Below are positions 9,838 to 18,100 of a stretch of 64,000 nt of DNA, piece after piece. Within the stretch, counting starts at the first letter, position 1; each line of letters begins with the position of its first letter. The position numbers and the translations under genes were made by a program. The stretch lies in NCBI GenBank assembly GCA_963810525.1, contig CAWENB010000006.1, positions 40,175 to 104,174 on the forward strand, given 5' to 3'. This DNA is from Candidatus Saccharimonadia bacterium. Its GTDB lineage: Bacteria; Patescibacteriota; Saccharimonadia; Saccharimonadales; UBA4665. Under the pieces are notes generated by a model that saw only the letters and a program-made list of their open reading frames with translations, had not been told where the DNA came from and did no database searches.

Positions 9838-12681
9838 CTAGGCCGCGCCGTTTACCGCGTCGTGGACCAGCCCACTAACGCGCGGTGAATAAAACAAATC
9901 AACAGTTCCCGTATCGATAAGTCTATAAAGTGCGGTGTCTTCATGGGTGACTTGTAATGTAGCAAAAATTTTGGCTAATGTCTTTCCGCTGTTCCGAGCC
10001 AAATACTGTAGGGCGCTATGACTGCACCACCAATTAGGCGGGTCGGAGGAAAAATCGCTCCCGTTGAATTCATGTAACATTTGCGTGCTTAGGCCGACAA
10101 TTCTATTACCGGCTTGCCATATTCGATTGCCATCTCGCGATTCCTGCTCCAAAAGCCACCCCAGGGCATGCGGCGTGCAGCCGACTGTGCGTATAGCTTC
10201 ACGTGTTGATTGCCAGGCGGTCAATTTGGGTGTCACGTGATCGATAACATACGCAACGATATCGGGTGTACCCAGCAAGTAGCGCAGGGTCAGATTCAAA
10301 TTGCGTTTATACAACAAACGGTCGGCGCCCATAACGTGCGCCACGGCAGCTCGATCGTTATCCCGAAGATCGGTTCCGTAGAAGGCATCACTGAGACCAA
10401 TACCGAAGCCGGTTTGATTGTCCCGGGTGACTACGAGCCGGCCGCCGCTAATGGCGTGAGCGATATCCTGGTGGGCTTGCGGCTGAACCGTAGCGGGGTA
10501 TCTTCGATTGATGACATATACAAGCCAACGTCTCGCTGAATCCGGTAGCACTTCGGCAGTGCCTCGAAACAGACTTTCCTTTTGCGCAAGCATTATCTTG
10601 TCGGCGCCGACGACCGTAACCCGTTGCGCCAATTGCGCTTGCTCCGCTTCCCAGGTATCTGCATTCGGCTCGGGGTTGGCCTGCAGTAGTTCGATGACAT
10701 CTTTTTTGATAACGGTCAGCGACACCGGTCTTCGTACGCCGTACCGTTGAATAATAGCGTTGGCTTTTGGCAGCAAAACTGCCATAGCGTGATCGCGGGG
10801 CTGGGCTATTTCCAGGAGATTGCCAACCTGTTCGTCCACCAGGTTTGTTCCGTACACAAGACGGCCCAGGTTAAGGTGGAGTATCAGTGCCATGCGTTCC
10901 TTGGAATTGAGTCGGGCCATAGCTCCAGAAAAGGTTACGTATTTTCCCTTCTTCGGGTCGGAAATACCATCAATATCCAGCTGGATTACGGGGTCCTGAA
11001 TTGCCGACAAGGCGGTCACGGACTCGGTCAGAAAGCCCTCGCCTAATGCAAAGAATAGATTGTCGGCCACCGTCTCGACTTCATTGAGCGGGTACAACGC
11101 CAGAATGCGGTTTAGCATCCAACGCCGCACCGGAACTTTATATTCTTCGGTTTGCCGGCCGTTGCGGGCTGCAAATTTGGATGTCAGCAGTTTTAGCGTA
11201 TGGGCTTTGGCAATATCGAAATAGCAGGACACATCCCCGGCAAGCGCGTACTCCGGCAGGAACGAATCGGGTACCGGGTATTGTTTTCCCTCGGTGCCGG
11301 TCGCCCAGTCACGCCAGAGTTTCAATCGTGCCTGATACTGGCGAGCGACATTCGGAGCATTAGCAAGATACGTAGAGGCCATCCAGCGGATTCTCGCATC
11401 GGTAAAATCCGGATTACGCCCGTAGCGGTCCGTTATGGTTGCCACATTACGCTCGTATTTTTGCAGATCTTCCAAATAGGAATACGGGCGTTTAGCCAAT
11501 CTTGTGATAACATCCAAAGTCACAATTTCGTGATCAGGGCCGTATATATCTAGAGCTCGGTCAATTCTGGTCTCCAGGTCTTCCAGCGCCTGATCGGGAT
11601 CGGCATTGTGCAGCAGCATCTTGTCAACAGTTGCTCTGCCGAGTCGACGGTGCTGGTCGATGAGCGACTGACGGCGTGCCGCCTCCACCGCGGTCGTTCC
11701 GGCCGGCCGATGCGTTAAGGCACGCCGATGGGCCTGGTGGTCCATGGCTCCGGCATCGCGTTGTGACTGAAGGTGCGCGGCGTAGGCAATCAGTGCCCGA
11801 TTTGGGTCCTTGATGTGATCTTGAACAACGGCAAAAAAATTGTCCTTGGTCGCGATGCCGCCAAACTCCTTGAATAAACGGCGGCTATAATCGGCGCTGT
11901 GATGCAGTGCCATCTGTCCGGGGTTTCGGTAGCCCGATTGTTTAATCGCGACTACTTCCTTAATATACAGCCTGACCGTATCGTAATTATCTTCGTAATC
12001 ATGCGTTTCCGGCCGGTAACGGCGGTTATCGGCGCCGCGCGAGTTTGACCGTTCCTGCAATGAAAAGCTGTCAAAATCCGCTTGCTGGCACAATATCATT
12101 GCGATGTATCGGAGTGCTTGTTCGCGTTCAATCTCGCTCAGTTTATCCGTAAACCGCTGGAGCAAGTCCGGATGACGCTCTGCGAGACGTTGGGAGTATT
12201 CGTGGGCAATGATGCGTACGTTCAGCGGCGGCCGGCTGGCTATAACCAACTGATCAGCTCGAACGGCCTGACGCAATATATAAAGCCGACGCTGGCTGTC
12301 CCGAGGAACGTGTTCGACGTTAAATTGCAGGATAGGCAGTTCCAAATCCACATCGACAGGCGGATCATATGATGCGGTAAGTTCTTCGGCGGCAAACACG
12401 GTACCTTGGACGCCTTGTTTCCAGAGTTCGTCGCGGATGCGATCCTTGTTTGCTTCGCAGTGGCTAAGTTGCGGACAACCCTGGCATCCGGCAATTGCTT
12501 CAGCGATTTGGGCCGGGTCATTGCTGCCGCAATCAAGATCGGTATAGATCTGGTCGATGACGGGCAAACCAGGCACTCCGCTTTCCGGCACGCATCTGCC
12601 CCATGGTATAAACGTTCGCACCGACTCCTGGTCTGACATATTTAAGACAATCGTACAACCTACGGGTGTTTTTTTGTCCAC
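9838..12681 (-). CDS. 947-aa protein with an N-terminal WhiB-like 4-Cys (Fe-S) motif fused to a large uncharacterised helical body
   Basis: DLDC-x14-CQGCPQLSHC fits the WhiB C-x(14-22)-C-x2-C-x5-C pattern and is followed by GVQGTVF (compare GVWGG). The remaining ~850 aa have no recognised motif. Start (GTG 12681 or ATG 12639) is uncertain. Confidence 0.7.
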   Translation of the reverse strand: MDKKTPVGCTIVLNMSDQESVRTFIPWGRCVPESGVPGLPVIDQIYTDLDCGSNDPAQIAEAIAGCQGCPQLSHCEANKDRIRDELWKQGVQGTVFAAEELTASYDPPVDVDLELPILQFNVEHVPRDSQRRLYILRQAVRADQLVIASRPPLNVRIIAHEYSQRLAERHPDLLQRFTDKLSEIEREQALRYIAMILCQQADFDSFSLQERSNSRGADNRRYRPETHDYEDNYDTVRLYIKEVVAIKQSGYRNPGQMALHHSADYSRRLFKEFGGIATKDNFFAVVQDHIKDPNRALIAYAAHLQSQRDAGAMDHQAHRRALTHRPAGTTAVEAARRQSLIDQHRRLGRATVDKMLLHNADPDQALEDLETRIDRALDIYGPDHEIVTLDVITRLAKRPYSYLEDLQKYERNVATITDRYGRNPDFTDARIRWMASTYLANAPNVARQYQARLKLWRDWATGTEGKQYPVPDSFLPEYALAGDVSCYFDIAKAHTLKLLTSKFAARNGRQTEEYKVPVRRWMLNRILALYPLNEVETVADNLFFALGEGFLTESVTALSAIQDPVIQLDIDGISDPKKGKYVTFSGAMARLNSKERMALILHLNLGRLVYGTNLVDEQVGNLLEIAQPRDHAMAVLLPKANAIIQRYGVRRPVSLTVIKKDVIELLQANPEPNADTWEAEQAQLAQRVTVVGADKIMLAQKESLFRGTAEVLPDSARRWLVYVINRRYPATVQPQAHQDIAHAISGGRLVVTRDNQTGFGIGLSDAFYGTDLRDNDRAAVAHVMGADRLLYKRNLNLTLRYLLGTPDIVAYVIDHVTPKLTAWQSTREAIRTVGCTPHALGWLLEQESRDGNRIWQAGNRIVGLSTQMLHEFNGSDFSSDPPNWWCSHSALQYLARNSGKTLAKIFATLQVTHEDTALYRLIDTGTVDLFYSPRVSGLVHDAVNGAA

Positions 12682-12785
12682 AACCTATGGACCCAATTTA
12701 TTACTTCAGGGATAATCGCAATCGTTAATTAATCAATGCACGGCAGTGCCAACTATACTTTTTACAGTAACACCTGCTACAATAT

Positions 12786-13172
12786 GTGAACGCTATTAAC
12801 TTTTTTAAAAGGAACCTCCTAGTGTTTAGATACAGAAATCTGGCGCCGGATATCTACCGGCAGCGGTTGGTAATTGAGGGTATGCCCGGATTTGCCATAA
12901 CCGAAGCGCATATTAAGGATTTCCTAGCGAAGTTGTCAAGCGAACTGTCAATGAAAACCCTGATCAGTCCGATGACCAGTAAAAGTGAAAAATTCGGTTG
13001 GGCGGGATGGATTCACTGGGAATCTTCCGGCGCACACTTTTACGCCTGGGACCGTCCGGAGCTTTTTTATAGCGTCGATATCTACACATGTAAAGCGTTC
13101 GACCCCAAAGTCGCCGTGGAGTTTACCCGAAATTACTTCAAGGCCCCGAAGCAGGTTAGCAAAAGTTTCTAG
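12786..13172 (+). CDS. S-adenosylmethionine decarboxylase (SpeH/SpeD pyruvoyl-type)-like protein
   Basis: ESSGAHFYAWDRPELFYSVDIYTCKAFDP parallels the family signature ESHisiHTWPE..aaiDiFTCG, including the Glu-Ser self-cleavage site. Start codon is uncertain. Confidence 0.6.
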   Translation: MNAINFFKRNLLVFRYRNLAPDIYRQRLVIEGMPGFAITEAHIKDFLAKLSSELSMKTLISPMTSKSEKFGWAGWIHWESSGAHFYAWDRPELFYSVDIYTCKAFDPKVAVEFTRNYFKAPKQVSKSF

Positions 13173-13486
13173 ATTAATGCGGGCGCTGGCTTATCAGGTT
13201 GTGTTTTTAAGACATTACTTACCGACTTTACTCACTCATGTACTTTCGGCTTCGTTTTAAAGGTCGACGGAAACAGCGATTAATTGACCGCATGGAAGTT
13301 GTCGATGGCCAGCCGTCCGCGCTGCTTCATGCTGCTGAGTCGTCGTTAACGGTTATGCTGCCATGAATTCTATTATAAAAGTTATAGTAAGATGGCGGTG
13401 GCAGTTGTCGGTAGCTAAATTGGTCAAAAAAGTGGTTTGTCCTTTCGATGCGCAGCTGCTACGATATGCCAGGAAAGGCAGGAGCA

Positions 13487-13855
13487 ATGGAGAAACAGGA
13501 TTTCGGTGGCGTGTGGCAAAGCGAATACCACTACAAACGTCCGGATAAGCCGGGCTTGTTTATTAGCAGGCATGACGTTAAAATTCATCGGCGCGGCGAT
13601 ACCCTGGTGATTGAAAGCCTGCCGAACGATGAAAAATCCTACCTGATAGTTCGGCTGAAACTTGATGGCCGCGTGGCGACAGGTACCTGGGAAGAGCACA
13701 CCTCGCCCACCGGCGCGCACAATCGCGATATATATGTCGGCGCCGTGCAACTCGTCCTGAGCGAAGACGGCGACATATTCGACGGCCGCTTCCTGTCGGT
13801 CGATAGGCGTATGGAAGTCAAAACCAACTTCTGGCAAATCAGCCGCAAGCCATAA
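13487..13855 (+). CDS. Hypothetical protein (122 aa)
   Basis: Balanced composition. AGGAG lies 3 nt upstream of ATG 13487. The overlapping 218-aa minus-strand ORF looks like a shadow. Confidence 0.5.
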   Translation: MEKQDFGGVWQSEYHYKRPDKPGLFISRHDVKIHRRGDTLVIESLPNDEKSYLIVRLKLDGRVATGTWEEHTSPTGAHNRDIYVGAVQLVLSEDGDIFDGRFLSVDRRMEVKTNFWQISRKP

Positions 13856-13928
13856 GATCCTGCCTCCGCGGCATTTACTGATCCACTCATGTTTATATCT
13901 ACCATCGTTTGTTATACTGGTAGTCGAT

Positions 13929-14111
13929 ATGAACAAGCAGGCTGCAAGCGTAAATATGCCGGCGCTTATATTTGCATTGTTAATTGTGGCTGCCGCTGCG
14001 GTTGCGCCGTTCGTACACACTGGGTTTGAGCATGGCTGGGTGCTAGGGTTGATGACGGCGTGCGCGGTCGCCAGCGGCATATCGCTGGCGAAACAATTTC
14101 GTGGACGATAA
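13929..14111 (+). CDS. Small hydrophobic protein (60 aa, two predicted TM segments)
   Basis: The ORF encodes two hydrophobic stretches. There is no other support. Confidence 0.3.
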   Translation: MNKQAASVNMPALIFALLIVAAAAVAPFVHTGFEHGWVLGLMTACAVASGISLAKQFRGR

Positions 14112-14117
14112 GATCAT

Positions 14118-14459
14118 TTGACCACAATCGTCCGTGTCACTATACTCAAAACAATGTCCGAAGTGATTGGCGTTATCAACTATATGAGCGGTTGTGGTGA
14201 CTGCGAGCCGTTATCTACACCAGAGCTATCGGGTGAAGTTGTGGGTGTAGAGCAGTTTGGCGATAGTGTGGTCGGCACGCTCAACATGACCTGCGGCCGC
14301 GCCGAACGATTTATAATTGCGGCTAGTGACAGGGCCGACGATCCAAGTTTGATCCCGAAAATCAACATGCGTATAACAAGCTGCGGAGGGCAATTATTGG
14401 GAGTATGTGGTGCTGGCATTTGCGGCCCGCTTGCCCGGCCGCGCCAATCCCAAGGCTAG
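14118..14459 (+). CDS. Hypothetical Cys-containing protein
   Basis: ORF only, with a non-ATG start at 14118. Internal ATGs at 14154 and 14184 are possible starts. Confidence 0.3.
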   Translation: MTTIVRVTILKTMSEVIGVINYMSGCGDCEPLSTPELSGEVVGVEQFGDSVVGTLNMTCGRAERFIIAASDRADDPSLIPKINMRITSCGGQLLGVCGAGICGPLARPRQSQG

Positions 14460-14554
14460 AACGGCTAATACAAACTAGGGAGTAATACGTGCCATGGCTA
14501 CCGTAGCGGCTTTGCTATAAAGCTTGTTTGTATGCTACGCTTGAGGGTATTCTC

Positions 14555-14632
14555 GGGGCATTGGCGCAGTCCGGCTAGCGCGCCTGCATCGCACGCAGGA
14601 GGTCAAGGGTTCAAATCCCTTATGCTCCACCA
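14555..14632 (+). tRNA. tRNA-Ala (anticodon CGC), CCA encoded
   Basis: Hand-folded cloverleaf. Acceptor GGGGCAT/ATGCTCC contains the G3:U70 alanine identity pair. D stem is GCGC/GCGC. Anticodon stem is CCTGC/GCAGG with loop A-T-CGC-A-C. T arm is AAGGG-TTCAAAT-CCCTT, followed by ACCA. Confidence 0.92.
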
Positions 14633-14651
14633 TTGTTGAAATTTCAACAAT
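14632..14651 (+). terminator. Perfect 20-nt palindrome directly after the tRNA (terminator or processing hairpin)
   Basis: ATTGTTGAAATTTCAACAAT starts at the terminal A of the CCA. No strong T-tract follows. Confidence 0.35.
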
Positions 14652-14679
14652 CTGTGCCTTTAACGTATTATTTATTAGT

Positions 14680-15141
14680 ATGGATGAACATGCACCGCAC
14701 CCAAAAACCAGAGAAGCTTCAATTGAAGATATTATTGAAATAGGGACTGAGATATTAGATCATGATCCTGCGTCATCAGATATTAATATTCATGAAGACC
14801 CGGTGCCGGCAGGTGAACCGGGCAAGTATCGAGCAACATTAGTCCCAGAAATTAATAACACGGAGGTTATTGGTCCAAAACCAGGTATTGAAGATGCGGC
14901 AGTTAGGCTGATTGTTATTCCGGAAGCTTTAAAAGATCCTAGTCTTAGTGATTCCCCTTATGTATCTTTTTGGGCAGATGGCACGGTTGGAAAACGAAAT
15001 CATGATGCATTCCGTGAGGGTGCTAAGGGTGCAGCGATGCTTGATCCTGTTGACGACGCTGAACTTGCAGAGGTTGCCCGGCAACTATCCGATGCACGGG
15101 AAGCTTTTCTTAATCGTTTAGGATCGGATGCTAGTGCTTAA
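14680..15141 (+). CDS. Hypothetical acidic protein (153 aa)
   Basis: ORF of normal composition with no motif. Confidence 0.5.
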   Translation: MDEHAPHPKTREASIEDIIEIGTEILDHDPASSDINIHEDPVPAGEPGKYRATLVPEINNTEVIGPKPGIEDAAVRLIVIPEALKDPSLSDSPYVSFWADGTVGKRNHDAFREGAKGAAMLDPVDDAELAEVARQLSDAREAFLNRLGSDASA

Positions 15142-15311
15142 GTGACGAAACTCGAGATTTATTAAAATTCAGCTTTAAGATGTATTATCTTTCAAAATCC
15201 TTTTAACGCCCGATATCCGATAGCCTATCACGGCATCGCAAGTAAATTTCTATGCCTTAAGACAGTTGGATTTACCCCACTAAAACGCCACTATAATATA
15301 AACTGTTTGGT

Positions 15312-15623
15312 ATGATAGGCGTTGACTTAGTGTTTCTCCCCGAATTTCAGGAACGAATAAACATCGGCGGCAGTACTTTTATTGAGAGATCCTTCCGTTT
15401 GTCAGAAATGAAAAATCGTACGACCGAGCATCTGGCAGGACTATGGGCCGCCAAGGAAGCCGTTATAAAAGCGGCCGGAACGTTGCCGAAAAAATACACA
15501 GATATAGTCATAACCCATGACAAGGCAGGCAAGCCGCACGCCCAAATTGATTCGCAAGAATTTGCCATATCGATAGCGCACCATGGCGACTATGCCATAG
15601 CGGTCGCATATAGGATTGACTGA
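15312..15623 (+). CDS. acpS: Holo-[acyl-carrier-protein] synthase (4'-phosphopantetheinyl transferase, AcpS type)
   Basis: MIGVDLV..., WAAKEAVIKA and ISIAHHGDYAIAV are typical of AcpS, and the ~100-aa size fits. The stop overlaps the next start (TGATG). Confidence 0.8.
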   Translation: MIGVDLVFLPEFQERINIGGSTFIERSFRLSEMKNRTTEHLAGLWAAKEAVIKAAGTLPKKYTDIVITHDKAGKPHAQIDSQEFAISIAHHGDYAIAVAYRID

Positions 15624-18091
15624 TGAGCCAAAAACACTTTGCAGCCTATATCGAAAACTTTGCCAGCTTCGATAAGCGTTTAGCTCTGACCATCAGACCC
15701 TTCTTGAAAATCGAGAGATTGGACTACAAAACTTTACAAAAGCGTGTGTACCAAACGGCTCATTACTTGTCTGCCGAAGGACTACGATCGGGCGACCGGG
15801 TTATGGTAGTGGCTGACAACTCGCCAGAGTGGATCGAGCTGTTCTTAGGATGTCAGCTTATCGGTACTACACTTGTCCCCGTCGATGCTAACAACTCGTT
15901 TACAACTGTCGTACGGTTCGTTAAAGAAACGGAGCCAAAGGTAATTTTCCGTAGTGCTCGCCTGCACCCGGAGCTTCGTAAATATGCAAACACGTACATA
16001 TTGGATGATCTTCATGAGGCGATCGATGATTATCCGCACAAAGCACCAAAGTATAAGCTAGACGGTAATGAGATAGCGGTAATCATTTTTACATCCGGAA
16101 CGACTGCCGATCCGAAGGGCGTCGCCTTGACCCAGAAAAACCTCCTCACCAATATCTATGGCATACAGCAAAGAATAACCATTAATGCTGATTGGCGCTT
16201 GCTGTCAGTGCTGCCTCTTTCGCATGCATACGAGTTAACCGGAAGCCTTGCCGTATTGTCAAAGGGCGCAAGCATCTTTTATATGCCCCGAGTTACGCCG
16301 CCAGCCATCGCGCGCGCTTTACAGGACTACCGTATCACTACCATCCTCGCCATACCGCAGTTACTTATATTATTACTTGAGCGAATCCGGCAAGCCGCGG
16401 CCGAAGAAGGTAAGTCGCATGCTTTGGCGGCAGCTTCAAAGGTGGCGATCCTGCTGCCACTTTCATTGCGCCGCCTACTTTTCAGAAGTGTCCATTCCCG
16501 ATTAGGCGGCCATCTGGAACTCATTGTTACCGGTGGAGCATCGATACCGATCGAAGTCGCTACAGCTTGGGAGCGTATGGGTGTAAAAATGATTCAAGGC
16601 TACGGTCTAACTGAAACATCACCGATACTGACCGTCAATAGTCTCAAGGAGCGGCGTCTAGATTCTCCGGGTAAACCTCTCGATAACGTGATGCTGCGAA
16701 TCGGTGAAGACAATGAAATACAAGCTAAAGGTCCGAACGTCTTTAATGGCTATTGGCACAACCCGTCCGCAACGCAAGCAGCATTTACGGCAGACGGCTG
16801 GTTTAGGACGGGTGACGTAGGCCGGCTACAAAACGACTGGTTGCACATTCAAGGCCGGCTGAAGTTCGCCATCGTATTGAGAAGCGGCCTAAAAGTTTTT
16901 CCGGAAGATATTGAGGCGGTCACAGCAAAGCACCCGGCTTTTCGGGCTGTTTGTGTCGTCGGCGTAGTGCAACCTGACGGCGAATCGGTTGTAGCCGTCG
17001 TAATTTCCGATAAATCTGACAAGCAAATTACCGAAGATATCGCAGAGGTCAACGCGCAGTTAGAGTCGTTTCAGCACATTGCCGCCTGGCGCCGTTGGCC
17101 AGATTCTGATTTTCCCCGCACCCGCCTCCTCAAAATCGACCGCAAGAAGGTACAAGATTGGGCAAATGAACCAAGCAAAGTTAAACAGGCCGGGCCAGAA
17201 ACCGGACCGACGGATAAGGATTCTCTCATCAACCTCATCCAGCTGAGCTTGGGCGAAACGAAGTCACCCATTAAAGAAACGGACAAGCTGGCCGACATCG
17301 GTCTCGATTCGTTGCGGCGACTTACACTAGTGGCGCTCATTGAAGAACGGCTTGGTATTATAGTGGCAGAAGAACATGTGACAGCTACCGCCACCGTATC
17401 GGACGTACGCGCATTGTTAGGCCAAGGTAGTCCGGCCGAGCCGCAAAAGGGACTTCCAGCCTGGCCATTCCAGCGAGTAGTTCGTCTCATTGGCAATTTA
17501 ATCCGCGACACGGTTATTCGTGTCATTGTTAATATTTGGGTGGATCTCGACGTAGAAGGGCGGGAGCGGCTCCAAGGCCTTACGCTTCCGGTAATTTTCA
17601 TCTTCAATCACACCGATGATTTCGATGCACCCGTTGTATTCCAAGCTATCCCACGCCATATCCGCAATCATGTAACGGTTGCCATGGCGGATGATGTGAT
17701 ACGCGAGCATAGAGTCCTGGCCTTTATAGCCCGTCTTTGCTTTGCGGCCTTTAATTTTTCCCGTACGGAGCCGTATATGCCCAGCTTGGCATACTTAAGC
17801 CAATTTATAGATCAAGGTTGGAGTGTCGTACTTTCTCCAGAGGGCCGCATAAGCACCATTGATGGCCTACAGTCCTTCAAGTCGGGAATAGGTTTACTGG
17901 CCGTAGAATTAGGCGTTCCGATCGTACCCATTAAAACTGTCGGTCTGAGAGGCACCGTGCCGCTGCACGCGAAGTGGCCTAAAAAGCACAGCCGGGTAAC
18001 GGTTCACATTGGGCAGCCGATAACCTTTGGGCCGCATGAGGATTACAACGCTGCTACCGAAAAATTACATCACATTATGGAAATGCTCTAG
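15623..18091 (+). CDS. Tri-domain fusion: acyl-AMP/acyl-CoA ligase (AMP-binding), phosphopantetheine carrier domain and PlsC-type lysophospholipid acyltransferase
   Basis: - AMP-binding motifs: FTSGTTADPKGV, GYGLTETS, WFRTGDVGR.
- Carrier motif: IGLDSLRRLTLV.
- Acyltransferase blocks: NHTDDFD (HX4D), LSPEGRIS, VPIVPIK. Confidence 0.85.
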   Translation: MSQKHFAAYIENFASFDKRLALTIRPFLKIERLDYKTLQKRVYQTAHYLSAEGLRSGDRVMVVADNSPEWIELFLGCQLIGTTLVPVDANNSFTTVVRFVKETEPKVIFRSARLHPELRKYANTYILDDLHEAIDDYPHKAPKYKLDGNEIAVIIFTSGTTADPKGVALTQKNLLTNIYGIQQRITINADWRLLSVLPLSHAYELTGSLAVLSKGASIFYMPRVTPPAIARALQDYRITTILAIPQLLILLLERIRQAAAEEGKSHALAAASKVAILLPLSLRRLLFRSVHSRLGGHLELIVTGGASIPIEVATAWERMGVKMIQGYGLTETSPILTVNSLKERRLDSPGKPLDNVMLRIGEDNEIQAKGPNVFNGYWHNPSATQAAFTADGWFRTGDVGRLQNDWLHIQGRLKFAIVLRSGLKVFPEDIEAVTAKHPAFRAVCVVGVVQPDGESVVAVVISDKSDKQITEDIAEVNAQLESFQHIAAWRRWPDSDFPRTRLLKIDRKKVQDWANEPSKVKQAGPETGPTDKDSLINLIQLSLGETKSPIKETDKLADIGLDSLRRLTLVALIEERLGIIVAEEHVTATATVSDVRALLGQGSPAEPQKGLPAWPFQRVVRLIGNLIRDTVIRVIVNIWVDLDVEGRERLQGLTLPVIFIFNHTDDFDAPVVFQAIPRHIRNHVTVAMADDVIREHRVLAFIARLCFAAFNFSRTEPYMPSLAYLSQFIDQGWSVVLSPEGRISTIDGLQSFKSGIGLLAVELGVPIVPIKTVGLRGTVPLHAKWPKKHSRVTVHIGQPITFGPHEDYNAATEKLHHIMEML

Positions 18092-18100
18092 CGGCGCGCA

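Noticed and set aside
13424-14080. 218-aa minus-strand ORF overlapping 13487-13855(+) and 13929-14111(+)
   Set aside because: The composition (Ala/Cys/Thr-rich, no motif) looks like an antisense shadow. The plus-strand ORF has a proper AGGAG-ATG start and balanced composition.
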